NCBI GenBank assembly: GCA_036679065.1
Contig: JAZIGN010000003.1
Span: 256,001 to 320,000, forward strand
DNA length: 64,000 nt
Reading direction: 5' to 3'
Origin: Coprothermobacterota bacterium
Lineage (GTDB): Bacteria > Coprothermobacterota > Coprothermobacteria > Coprothermobacterales > Coprothermobacteraceae
The position numbers and the translations under genes are program-made. Below the pieces are notes generated by a model that was given only the letters and a program-made list of their open reading frames with translations, searched no databases and had not been told where the DNA came from. This document shows positions 21,001 through 29,140 of this stretch, one piece after another. Every line of letters starts with the position of its first letter. The stretch's first letter is position 1.

Positions 21001-22217
21001 GCATGAGCCGCTGCTTTGCCCAATTTCTAACTATGGAAGATGAAAACATCGCTTCACACATGCAGAAGCTGAATCTCGATCCAAATGGCGTAAGAGATGT
21101 CTTGGGATATTTACTCAAGGAGGATGCGTCTCGGTGGAACCAGGAAGAGGTTCTCAACAGGCTTCCGTTATTGAAAACTGCTCTTTTGAGCATGGAGGCC
21201 TTAAGTGCTGTGTGCGTTTCACGAATTAACGATTTAGCTGAAATGGATAGTACTTTTGAAAGCAGATTCCCAAACAGGTTGTCATTCGAAGTTTACCAAA
21301 TAGCATGTGATTCTGAGGGCGCAAAGGAACTGTCTAAGGCTTTTGGGGTTTTGCAAGAAGTATTGCGATTACCAGAGAGATTGAATAAGGGTGATGCTCT
21401 CAAAATAACTGAATCAGACATTGAGTTGGTGATTCAGAATGCGTCTGATTTAAGCACTTACTTGGATAATCCCTGTATGGTGATAAAGGTGTTGGCGTCA
21501 ACGTGGGAACACCAAGAACTTGATGAATGGGGCGAAAAAGAAGTTTTTGAGAAGATGCTTAAGATGATAGATAAAACCACACTTAAGGATCTTGGAGAAG
21601 AGAAAGTTCGTGAGCTAATAGGGAAGGCTGTTGGAGATTTAGCAAGAAATAGACTGATTCGTGAAATTCAAGAAAAATGGCGCTCTTTAACTGGAACGCT
21701 GACAGTAGAGAACTGGGAAGAAAGACATAAAATGCCCATTCAGTGGGTTCTAGACGACGATACACTTAAAGGTTGTATTAAGGATATAAGGGCATTACAT
21801 AATCTCCCTGAGAGCAAGTTAGTTGATATTCTGGATATTTTGAAAGACAGAGCAGCGGACCTAAGCAAACTTTCTGATGAGAGTTATCTTCTTCCTAAAT
21901 TCGTGGCTACAATAATGCCTGCCTATGCCGAAGTGCTTGATGACCTGAACAGCATGAGTCAGTTAAGGGACCATATTTACGGAAGGATGGAGAAGAAGAA
22001 ACCAGTGGAATGGTCTGATTCTGTTTCAACGATACAGAAGTTTGCTAGAGAGTGGCTCCAAAGGAGATACAGGGAGGCTGTAGCACGAAACGTGCGACAA
22101 ATGCTCATGCAAATGCACGGAGAAGAGCTTAAAAGCCTAATCGCAAATGAGGTTGAAAACAATACTGAGCTTGGCCTTGCACTATATGAGTGCCTGAGAC
22201 GGAGAGAAGGCGGTTAA
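17991..22217 (+). CDS. brxC: BrxC-like large P-loop ATPase
   Basis: WLTGAYGTGKT Walker A, VFIWDEF Walker B, PMHPYT, SSQRS, PPFGLMP; lies between brxP and pglZ. Confidence 0.8.
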   Translation: MVGWKYADYIGVEQGFVDVYSEEVDKDSERWKQFIPHENMKELLQKLMKALERGNKDDEKPIWLTGAYGTGKTFASFVVKHLLEDDIAEVEKYFRNSMNIGIIGDLWEKFKAIRSKKPMKPILVVYKSGSGHVDNPRRFLMEIQKGVTDELRRKGYYKFSSTMVDDIIEKFDSGVVSLEKLFAKYRTEFFAFDKPEEVLESLRNSVQNHGDLDVAETLVEILSKEGVYVNDDPDSLKKWLQDVIERNNLGAIVFIWDEFTEYLNKSKSFDTVQEVAQYSAEIPFYLFLVTHRAPTQFTSIDESQRAKIRDRFHVVRLEMKEITAFSLMARAIEIKPATADEWKDQSRRLWLQVESVADAMESAGLPDVEQKEMEKLVPMHPYTAYLLAHISNLYVSSQRSLFMYLKSKENGGFADFIEKYPENGWYWITSDRLWDYFFDSQTQPMIDNDGAMQVISYARNAMQSESLSEDEVKVVKAVCLLLALNYLESGAGSRWHKPLLSNLRLMFTGTPIDKVLDNLVEKLESKQVLHVNELSGDKEFILPGRHIPNELRNEAENFVNSNHTFDRVLTSAGDEVYNVGYMKKFERKVVTLNGADLIRFAVKVQPFQSSKSTLSPIESLLKPYQIGVIIVLAFSDADREKALEKAKEIATKRTAVVVSLVPLGEEKWKEWKKYAIDWYCYEEMKETSQANYARTKTEEIMDSWFDRIASGDFMVFIPEKEPHSVRGIEKVKQELINFRTELFPAGPEKIDTTSTLYKPSYGKSVASFVLEPPTRIPSPYKELIQKLERDHVWSVDLSTVQSNHPLKRMQDLVDRIMEERNFDVPLIEIWERLQEPPFGLMPSPIGLFLFACVMKEYAQGYYVYDGKTTQELNANRMADLLTKVVKHDRGCEDLVIKRLTKNAQDFCKLMRETFSLTEAESTTPEEVRKSLKVKISEMHYPLWILEFDPELVGYGSGTFCSLISSLQAFIFSDEVPNDDQLKVITELLGGMTGQYLAKNFTKDRMSRCFAQFLTMEDENIASHMQKLNLDPNGVRDVLGYLLKEDASRWNQEEVLNRLPLLKTALLSMEALSAVCVSRINDLAEMDSTFESRFPNRLSFEVYQIACDSEGAKELSKAFGVLQEVLRLPERLNKGDALKITESDIELVIQNASDLSTYLDNPCMVIKVLASTWEHQELDEWGEKEVFEKMLKMIDKTTLKDLGEEKVRELIGKAVGDLARNRLIREIQEKWRSLTGTLTVENWEERHKMPIQWVLDDDTLKGCIKDIRALHNLPESKLVDILDILKDRAADLSKLSDESYLLPKFVATIMPAYAEVLDDLNSMSQLRDHIYGRMEKKKPVEWSDSVSTIQKFAREWLQRRYREAVARNVRQMLMQMHGEELKSLIANEVENNTELGLALYECLRRREGG

Positions 22218-22218
22218 A

Positions 22219-24567
22219 GTGACTGAATGCCAATTCGACTCCGTGTCTGAACTTCTCGACTTCCTGGCAGTCGATTTAGAGAATCCTCTGGATAGTAGGT
22301 ACGCACGGTTCGCGACTCGCTTTATTTTGGTAGATACTCCTGAGGAATATAATGTTTTGTTGAACTGGTTAAGAAATCATTGCGACAAAGTATTGAATTT
22401 GGCCGATTTCTGTTCTGGGGACGATGTATTTCCCATGCTGTCAGGGGTACTTGCCACTTTGGATGTTATGGAGAAAGATGCAACTGCCTGCATTGTAGGC
22501 GTCAGCGAGTTCATGAGGTTGGTTCCAGAAAAAGTGAAGAGCTTTTTTTCAAAGTTATTTGAGCGAGAAACTGCCAAGAATAGGCGAATCTACCTACCAC
22601 TGTTCAGAGGGCGCGAACTTCTGTCACAGCTTTTGGAAGGATACGATAGGGTAAGTTATAAAGAAACACCTGATGTACTGAGTGTAAAGGTGTTTAGCAA
22701 TCAGCTGAAAGATATCGAATTGACTGTTGCCCCTTTTGCCCAGCGTAAAGTCCAAAGTGGCGTTAAACTCTTGAATGGTGTTCGTGAGTTGTTCACACTA
22801 TGGTCTAACCAAAGTAATGTGCAAAGAAGTACGCGCTTCTGGTTGAAGACAGAATTCGCAGGGATTGTTAAGGAGGGTGCATCTTCACATTACACTGTTC
22901 AGGTTTACAAGTCAGCATGGGACTTTCTTACTGACAAACTCAAACTTGTTGCTGAGAAAAACTTAGGGACTGAAGAACAATGGACCTGGCTAGCAGAAAA
23001 CGTCGAGGAAGATGATGACTTTGACAGGCTCGCCAGTCGCCTACTTAATAGAAAGAAGTACAGTTCTGAAGTAATTAATCACTTTTGGAAAGATTCTGTC
23101 AAAAACGGCAACGGACCAAAAAGATGGCTCTCTTGGTTGTGGGCAAAACTCAGTGAACCGCAAGGAAGCTATCTAAGAATGACTTTGGACATGAGCAATG
23201 ACATAAACCAATTTGAGGAAAGTGTAGCTCTGGCCATATTCGACGCGAACGAACTTACTTTTGATCTGATCAAAGAAAGGAAAAAATTGTTACTAGACCT
23301 TGGTTCTCCAAATCTACCTAAGTTGTTTTGGGAAAAATACAACAAATTAGAAAAGCCAGAATCAAAATTGGCGGTGCTAACAGATTTCACTGACAAAGAA
23401 AAATGCGAGGCGGTAAGAAACGTCGGTGATTTACTTAAGATAAAGCCGTCAGGTGAGAGTTGGATAAGAATACTCGAAATTACTTACCCCACCCTGTTTA
23501 ATTACTTAACTGGTTTTCTGTTAGACGACGAATTTGCTAACAAGTATTTCAACTTCTACAGGAAGAGCAGAATCATGGATTGCGTTTCTGAAGAACATGC
23601 TCATTTACTGGAGGAGTGGAATCAAGAAAAACTCTGGCTCTACGACACTCGCCACTCTGTTTTGGAGAAAGTTAATAAACAGAGCGAGGAAATCATTTGG
23701 ATAGATGCGTTGGGCTTGGAATGGCTCGGAGTCATTGCAGGATCTATTGATCCTAACGAATACACCGTAGAGTGCAAAATAGTCCGTGCGGAACTCCCTA
23801 CTGTGACCATGAGGAATAACGAGTGGAAAGATGAGAATGAGTTTGTCCGTTACGATCTCGATGAAAACGCACATGACACTCAATATAAGTTTCCAGATAA
23901 CTTTGTAAAGGCACTGGACATAATCGAAGACAAGGTGAACAAAAAACTAAGAGAAGAATTACATAATTCTCAGGTGTTGATTTTAACTTCAGATCATGGT
24001 TTGAGTAGATTTGCTGCGATCAGCAACGACAAAGTTCCAACCCCAGATGGTTATGAAGCCAGAAGAGGTGGTCGCTATGCATCTCTTTCTAATACTGCCG
24101 AAAAAATAAAAACAACTAGTTTAGAACGCTATCCAGATGTGATTAAGACCGAAGGCGAACTTATACAGGTTAGGTACAGAAATTTTATAGGGAGTCCTGT
24201 TCATGGTGGTGAAATACATGGAGGCGCCAGCCCCGAAGAGGTTTTGGTACCAGTAATAAGAATAGCAAGGGAAGCATTAAGCATCAAATTGACTGTTGAA
24301 ACGCCAGAAGTAGAACTTGATATAAAGGGTCGTGGCCTGCTGGTTATTAGATCTTCACATTCGTTGAGTGCGCCTGTGCTTCAGATAACGAACATGTCCT
24401 TGGAAGGGCATTACGAAGGAGAGAATAAGTGGTCATTTCTCTTAGAGGGATTACGTGACGGCGAATACAGCGGTTCTTTGTATGATAACGGAAGAAATTT
24501 AGGCGAAGTGAAATTCAAAGTAAAGAAACGTGGCGCCATAGAACGCAGTGATGATTTTGATTTCTAA
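22219..24567 (+). CDS. pglZ: BREX PglZ alkaline-phosphatase-superfamily protein
   Basis: WIDALGLEW, LPTVT, LDENAH, TSDHGLSR, HGGASPEEVLVPVI. Confidence 0.9.
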   Translation: MTECQFDSVSELLDFLAVDLENPLDSRYARFATRFILVDTPEEYNVLLNWLRNHCDKVLNLADFCSGDDVFPMLSGVLATLDVMEKDATACIVGVSEFMRLVPEKVKSFFSKLFERETAKNRRIYLPLFRGRELLSQLLEGYDRVSYKETPDVLSVKVFSNQLKDIELTVAPFAQRKVQSGVKLLNGVRELFTLWSNQSNVQRSTRFWLKTEFAGIVKEGASSHYTVQVYKSAWDFLTDKLKLVAEKNLGTEEQWTWLAENVEEDDDFDRLASRLLNRKKYSSEVINHFWKDSVKNGNGPKRWLSWLWAKLSEPQGSYLRMTLDMSNDINQFEESVALAIFDANELTFDLIKERKKLLLDLGSPNLPKLFWEKYNKLEKPESKLAVLTDFTDKEKCEAVRNVGDLLKIKPSGESWIRILEITYPTLFNYLTGFLLDDEFANKYFNFYRKSRIMDCVSEEHAHLLEEWNQEKLWLYDTRHSVLEKVNKQSEEIIWIDALGLEWLGVIAGSIDPNEYTVECKIVRAELPTVTMRNNEWKDENEFVRYDLDENAHDTQYKFPDNFVKALDIIEDKVNKKLREELHNSQVLILTSDHGLSRFAAISNDKVPTPDGYEARRGGRYASLSNTAEKIKTTSLERYPDVIKTEGELIQVRYRNFIGSPVHGGEIHGGASPEEVLVPVIRIAREALSIKLTVETPEVELDIKGRGLLVIRSSHSLSAPVLQITNMSLEGHYEGENKWSFLLEGLRDGEYSGSLYDNGRNLGEVKFKVKKRGAIERSDDFDF

Positions 24568-24588
24568 GATGACTGATTGGAGGATAAA

Positions 24589-26037
24589 GTGAGCACAGTC
24601 AATGATGTTCAAAGTAAAGTGAGAAGTGTTTTTCCTGATGCAGTAATTTACAAGAATCCAGAGTACCATAATTTCTTTTCAAGCAAAAGCATTCCCTCTT
24701 TTCTGAGGGATTGGATTATCATGCGGTTCGCAGATGAAGAAGGCAACATAGACATTGACAAGGTAGCTAATTTCATAAAATCTTCTCTTCCCGGAGCGAA
24801 AGATTGGGAGTCTTTAAAATCAAAAATGGTTAATGATGGACAGCAGGTAAGATTCCTGGGAAAAATTCGGATCGAGGTCGACGTGAAGATGGGGAAGACA
24901 CTTTTTCAACTACCAGAGTTCGGTTACCCCAAGAAGAAGTATGAGGCCTTGGTTGATGATTATGTGATGGCAGAACACAAAGAAGATCTTCTTTCGGACA
25001 GTGAAACGTGGGGCTTGTTAACGTGTGAATATCGACCTTATGGAATTGATGACAGAAGTGGTGCGATTTGGCTTGTTGACTTTAAACCTTTCAGACCTTA
25101 CAAAGTCAGTATAAGCTACTACCAAGAAGCAAGGCGTGAGTTCACTCTAGATGAATGGATTGATGTCTTGCTGATGGCGATCGACTACAATCCAGAGGCG
25201 TTTGCTAATGAAAAACAGAAACTTACTCTGCTAAGTAGATTGCTTCCTTTTCTGGAAAGGCGCGTCAACCTAGTCGAACTCGCCCCAAAGGGTACTGGGA
25301 AATCGTACATGATGTCTCAACTATCGAAATACGGGTGGCTTGTAAGTGGAGGTAGTATATCCAGGGCAAAGCTTTTCTATGACATGAGCAGGAGAATACC
25401 TGGACTTGTTAGCCGTTATGACTTTGTTGTGTTTGATGAGATCCAAACTATAGAGTTTCCTGATCCTGATGAAATGGCGGGCGCTTTGAAAGGGTACCTT
25501 GAAATGGGTCAAACTCAGATTGGTGCTGAAAGGATTGTTGGCAGTGCTGGAATAGTGCTTATGGGAAACATTAAGTCGCAAAGTATGGATGTTTTCAAAG
25601 ATATGTTTCAGCAACTCCCTTCTATTTTCCAGGAATCGGCACTTTTGGATAGATTCCACGGCTTTATAAAGGGTTGGGATATCCCGAGAATGAAAAGCCA
25701 TGTCAGCGCTCATGGTTGGTCCCTCAATGTGGAATATTTCACTGAAATTCTACATGCCATGAGAGAAGATCTTGTTTACGCCGGCATTGTAGATGATTTA
25801 CTTCAAGTGCCTTCTGGTTCGGATCTTCGTGATACAGTGGCTATCAAGCGTTTGACTACGGGTTTCTTGAAGCTCCTCTTTCCTCATGTTCGAGATCTTC
25901 GAGACATTAACAAGGAGGAATTTGAGAAATACTGCCTGGAACCGGCAAAGCAGATGAGGAGCATCATAAAGATTCAAATGACTTTGCGGGACAGCGAGTT
26001 TCAACCCACTGTTCCTGACATAACTTTAAAGATATGA
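24589..26037 (+). CDS. brxL: BrxL AAA+/MCM-like ATPase, apparently without a C-terminal Lon protease domain
   Basis: VELAPKGTGKS, FDEI, LKGYLE, SALLDRFHGFIKGW; GGAGG RBS before GTG 24589; only about 480 aa. Confidence 0.88.
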   Translation: MSTVNDVQSKVRSVFPDAVIYKNPEYHNFFSSKSIPSFLRDWIIMRFADEEGNIDIDKVANFIKSSLPGAKDWESLKSKMVNDGQQVRFLGKIRIEVDVKMGKTLFQLPEFGYPKKKYEALVDDYVMAEHKEDLLSDSETWGLLTCEYRPYGIDDRSGAIWLVDFKPFRPYKVSISYYQEARREFTLDEWIDVLLMAIDYNPEAFANEKQKLTLLSRLLPFLERRVNLVELAPKGTGKSYMMSQLSKYGWLVSGGSISRAKLFYDMSRRIPGLVSRYDFVVFDEIQTIEFPDPDEMAGALKGYLEMGQTQIGAERIVGSAGIVLMGNIKSQSMDVFKDMFQQLPSIFQESALLDRFHGFIKGWDIPRMKSHVSAHGWSLNVEYFTEILHAMREDLVYAGIVDDLLQVPSGSDLRDTVAIKRLTTGFLKLLFPHVRDLRDINKEEFEKYCLEPAKQMRSIIKIQMTLRDSEFQPTVPDITLKI

Positions 26038-26079
26038 TTTTTTGCAATCCCTGACATAAAAGATATGATTTTTTGCAAT
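26014..26079 (+). repeat. Tandem duplication of the brxL 3' end
   Basis: CCTGACATAACTTTAAAGATATGATTTTTTGCAAT (26014-26048) then CCTGACATAAAAGATATGATTTTTTGCAAT (26050-26079). Confidence 0.9.
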
Positions 26080-26110
26080 TCTCGCAGGACCGGCAGGAGG
26101 TAACTGCTTA

Positions 26111-26437
26111 ATGGCAACCTTTGAGGAATTCATGGATTTGGACATAAGGGTGGGAAGAGTGATAAACGCAGAGGATTTTCCTAAGGCGAGAAAGCCTGCT
26201 TACAAGCTCACCATTGATTTTGGTCCTTTGGGTGTGAAAAGGTCCAGCGCACAGATTACGGAACTTTACAAGAAGGAAGACTTGGTGGGCAAGGAGGTTG
26301 TCTGCGTAATGAATTTTCCGCCGAAGCAGGTTGCTGACTTCGTTTCTGAGGTACTAGTGCTTGGCGTATACACAGAAAACGGTGTAGTATTGCTTCAGCC
26401 AGATAGAGAAGTACCTTTGGGTTGTAAGATTGGTTAA
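26111..26437 (+). CDS. csaA: CsaA tRNA-binding / export chaperone
   Basis: LDIRVGRV, FPKARKPAYKL, SSAQIT, NFPPKQVA, SEVLVLG. Confidence 0.92.
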   Translation: MATFEEFMDLDIRVGRVINAEDFPKARKPAYKLTIDFGPLGVKRSSAQITELYKKEDLVGKEVVCVMNFPPKQVADFVSEVLVLGVYTENGVVLLQPDREVPLGCKIG

Positions 26438-26497
26438 CTAAACAGCCCAATGCTAAAATATGCAGTGGAGGGTATAGCATAGAGATGCATTAGTGAC

Positions 26498-26593
26498 TGA
26501 GTAACGCCTAAAGTAAGGTGTTAAAACTAATTTCTGCAGTTCTTGAACTGTTAATTCTTTCGCATTATAGAAGTACCTATAAGGTGTTAAAAC
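26498..26593 (+). CRISPR. Degenerate CRISPR-like mini-array (eroded repeat, 36-nt spacer, 30-nt repeat)
   Basis: TAAGGTGTTAAAAC at 26514 and 26580 (period 66); the second unit ATTATAGAAGTACCTATAAGGTGTTAAAAC resembles type I-B TACCTATAAGG..TTGAAAC repeats. Confidence 0.55.
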
Positions 26594-26623
26594 AGAACAG
26601 ACTTACTGGTAACGGTCAAATCA

Positions 26624-26809
26624 ATGATCATGGATATGGAATCCGGTGTTTACGCTCGGTTAGAAGAATGTCAAATAGAAGAAATTAAGGCAACGCAAAT
26701 TGCTGCAGCAATCCACCAAGAAATAGAAGACTTCCGCAATCGTCAGAAAGCATTAGAAGGCCGGCTGGCGTATTACGAAGAAGGAAACAATATTGACAAA
26801 GAGCGCTGA
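26624..26809 (+). CDS. Small coiled-coil hypothetical protein or gene fragment
   Basis: 61-aa ORF with heptad-like pattern; no clear RBS. Confidence 0.35.
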   Translation: MIMDMESGVYARLEECQIEEIKATQIAAAIHQEIEDFRNRQKALEGRLAYYEEGNNIDKER

Positions 26810-26880
26810 TATAAGCTGTTTAATGCAACAGATTAGATGTATAATATTTAATTAATAATTTAACATTAGGAGGTGAAATT

Positions 26881-27378
26881 ATGAATGCCGATGAACGAGA
26901 AAGGAAAAAACAAGAACGAGAACAAAAGAAACAGGAAATGTTAGCATTATATGGCGAAAAGCTTCCATTTGTGACAAACTTCATTACAGAACACTACATA
27001 GAAGGTAACCTCTTATTGCCTTTAAATACTCCCGTTAACTTAATTGGTCATGAAAAGGGTCTCCGATTATACCAAGGAGGGCTTTTTGGAGAAAGTTTTA
27101 ATCAATTCATATACTACGATCATTTAAAACCTATCGTTATACAAACCAAAGAAGAGATCTATAGAGACGTATCTTTAGGGAAGCTTATATTATTCGGTCC
27201 GTTAGCCTTTGGCATGAAAGAAAAGAAAGTAGATAGAAAAAGGTATTTTCTAATCAGTTTTGATGAGTATTTTGGTATTTTTACTTGCAGTTTTGGATGC
27301 CCAACTTTCGTTCTGAATGTCAACGAGGCAAGAATGAAATATCTTAATTCTCTTAATAAAGAGGATGCTACAAGTTGA
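26881..27378 (+). CDS. Hypothetical protein, possibly of prophage accessory type
   Basis: TGTATAAT promoter, AGGAGGTG RBS; RDVSLGKLILFGPLAFGMKEKK segment; AT-rich. Confidence 0.65.
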   Translation: MNADERERKKQEREQKKQEMLALYGEKLPFVTNFITEHYIEGNLLLPLNTPVNLIGHEKGLRLYQGGLFGESFNQFIYYDHLKPIVIQTKEEIYRDVSLGKLILFGPLAFGMKEKKVDRKRYFLISFDEYFGIFTCSFGCPTFVLNVNEARMKYLNSLNKEDATS

Positions 27379-27457
27379 CTTTGCTGTAATAACTCATCAA
27401 AAAGTTGAAGACAAAAACATACAAGTTTATTTTAGGCGACGCTTTCAAAGTTTTAAA

Positions 27458-27532
27458 ATGGTGCCGTTAAGGTTTATAGCAGAAAACTTGGGTGCAGAAG
27501 TTATATGGGACGACAAGTCTCAAACACGGTAA
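27458..27532 (+). pseudogene. Remnant of a copper-amine-oxidase N-terminal (stalk) domain gene
   Basis: Frame from 27458 reads MVPLRFIAENLGAEVIWDDKSQT, the signature VPLRF..E.LG..V.WD motif. Confidence 0.65.
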
Positions 27533-28215
27533 GCACAGAAAAACTTTGTTCTCATAAAGGAAGACTGCTCCAAGATCATTTACTAAATGTAGCCATAAGG
27601 ACAAAAGAAATACTAAACCAAGCACTACCAAGCGATTACCAGCATAGAGAAACTATCTTAAACACAGGCTATCTTATAGGACTCACACACGATCTTGGTA
27701 AATCTACACAGTACTTCCACGATTAGTTAAACAAAGGAGAAAAAGGAGTTCTAACACATCATCCAGCACTTTCTTCAATTTTCAACTTTTATATTGTGAG
27801 TGCTTACCTTGATAAGCAAAACCTACAAGATGATCTTAAGACCATACTTAAAGCACTTTCTGTATTCACTGTTAAAAAACATCACAGCGACTTAAACTAT
27901 GTAGCCGAAGTGATAAAAAAGCTCGACGGCATTCTTATAGAAAAACAAATACAATCCATAGATAATGAAAAGCTACAAGAAGTACTCAGCGTTATAAATA
28001 TAAGCAAATGGTACATAGAAGAAATAAACACAGATACGCTTAGGAAGTGGCTGATAGACTTCCAAAGCAATCATGTTTTTGACTTAGTAATCGGTATAAA
28101 ACACATTCTAAATGGAAGCAGTAGCCCAAGCTATTATTTTCTTAGCAACCTACTGTTTTCAGCATTAGTAAATGCTGGCACAATCGAAGGTAAAGTAATT
28201 TTGTATTTCTGTTAG
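27532..28215 (+). pseudogene. cas3: Cas3 HD-nuclease domain pseudogene (in-frame TAG, truncated before the helicase)
   Basis: ORFs 27505 and 27796 share a frame: SHKGRLLQDHL...HDLGKSTQYFHD*LNKG...THH...KKHHSDL...LFSALVNA. Confidence 0.8.
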
Positions 28216-28644
28216 GGGCTAGTATACAGCAGAAGTTACGAAAAGCGCCTAGTATGCACATCAATTCAAGTAAGAATATGTTCTATACTCTTTGGCATCG
28301 TCTTTATTGCCCTTGATATGAAGACTGTCAACATTCCTTTTGGTGCAGAACACTGTTCAGGTATTATAATCATCTTAGCCTTTATTTACATAGGTGTTCC
28401 ATATGCGTTTTTCTTAATTCATGAACTGTTCGGGAACTTATCAGTGAGAGTAACAGCTAATATTGTTTAAGAAAGAGAACCATACTCATAGTCTCTGCTG
28501 TAAACCAAAAGTAAAAAGCTTCCAAAACGAACATAGTAAATTTGGATAGGTGCGAATATTCGGAAGAGAAATTACAAATACATTTACAAAGAGTTCATCT
28601 CGAGTAATGCTCTTCATCGTGAAGTTATAGCTATCTATAGCGAA

Positions 28645-28950
28645 TTAAGAATTTTCCCGTTGTTGTTTCGTTACACTTTTTGCTCTACGTTCAGCTTCTT
28701 TATAAAAGCCCTCATGAGGCCCAACCATAAATATTAAGCAGGTTCTTTCTTTTTCCAATACTATATATGCTGCTCTATATGCCACTCCATTTATGTTGAA
28801 CTTTAGGCTTCTCACACCTTTTAGCGACCCTTTGAGCATATGCCCTAGATGAGGTTTTTCTTTCAAAGCACTTAGTGCTTTCAACACTTTAGCACTTTGT
28901 TCTTTCAATCTGTCTAAGTCTTTCAAGGCATGTTGTGTAAGTTCTATCTT
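28645..28950 (-). pseudogene. RelE/ParE family toxin, main body; first five codons lie at 30314-30328 beyond the IS
   Basis: KIELTQHALKDL, GHMLKGSLKGVRSL, YRAAY, VGPHEGFY; rejoining gives MNDFYKIELTQHALKDL. Confidence 0.85.
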
Positions 28951-29140
28951 GTGACATCCTCCCCTCAATTAATTGAGGGGCATCTCGACGTGGGATGGCA
29001 GCTTTCGCCGCAGGTTAGCCAGCATTCCCCGGATGACCCGGATCATCACCTTGGCCTTAAGGGGTGTCACGCTCCCCTTTCTCCCAGGGTCATGCCCCAA
29101 GAGCATCGAGCGCTTTAGCGGCGATATTCAGTGCTCCAAC
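28951..29140 (-). ncRNA. Predicted TnpB omegaRNA (reRNA) scaffold; guide would extend into the flank 28950-28931
   Basis: Structured GC-rich right end downstream of and overlapping the tnpB stop; 5' boundary is approximate. Confidence 0.6.

Noticed and set aside
27494..28238. 10-bp direct repeat GCAGAAGTTA flanking the Cas3-HD fragment as a target-site duplication
   Set aside because: The first copy is inside the stalk-domain coding remnant; no terminal inverted repeats or transposase; plausible by chance
28951..28968. TTG start giving an intact 107-aa RelE (MRGGCH...)
   Set aside because: These codons belong to the IS right end and the TTG lies inside its hairpin; the native start is at 30328
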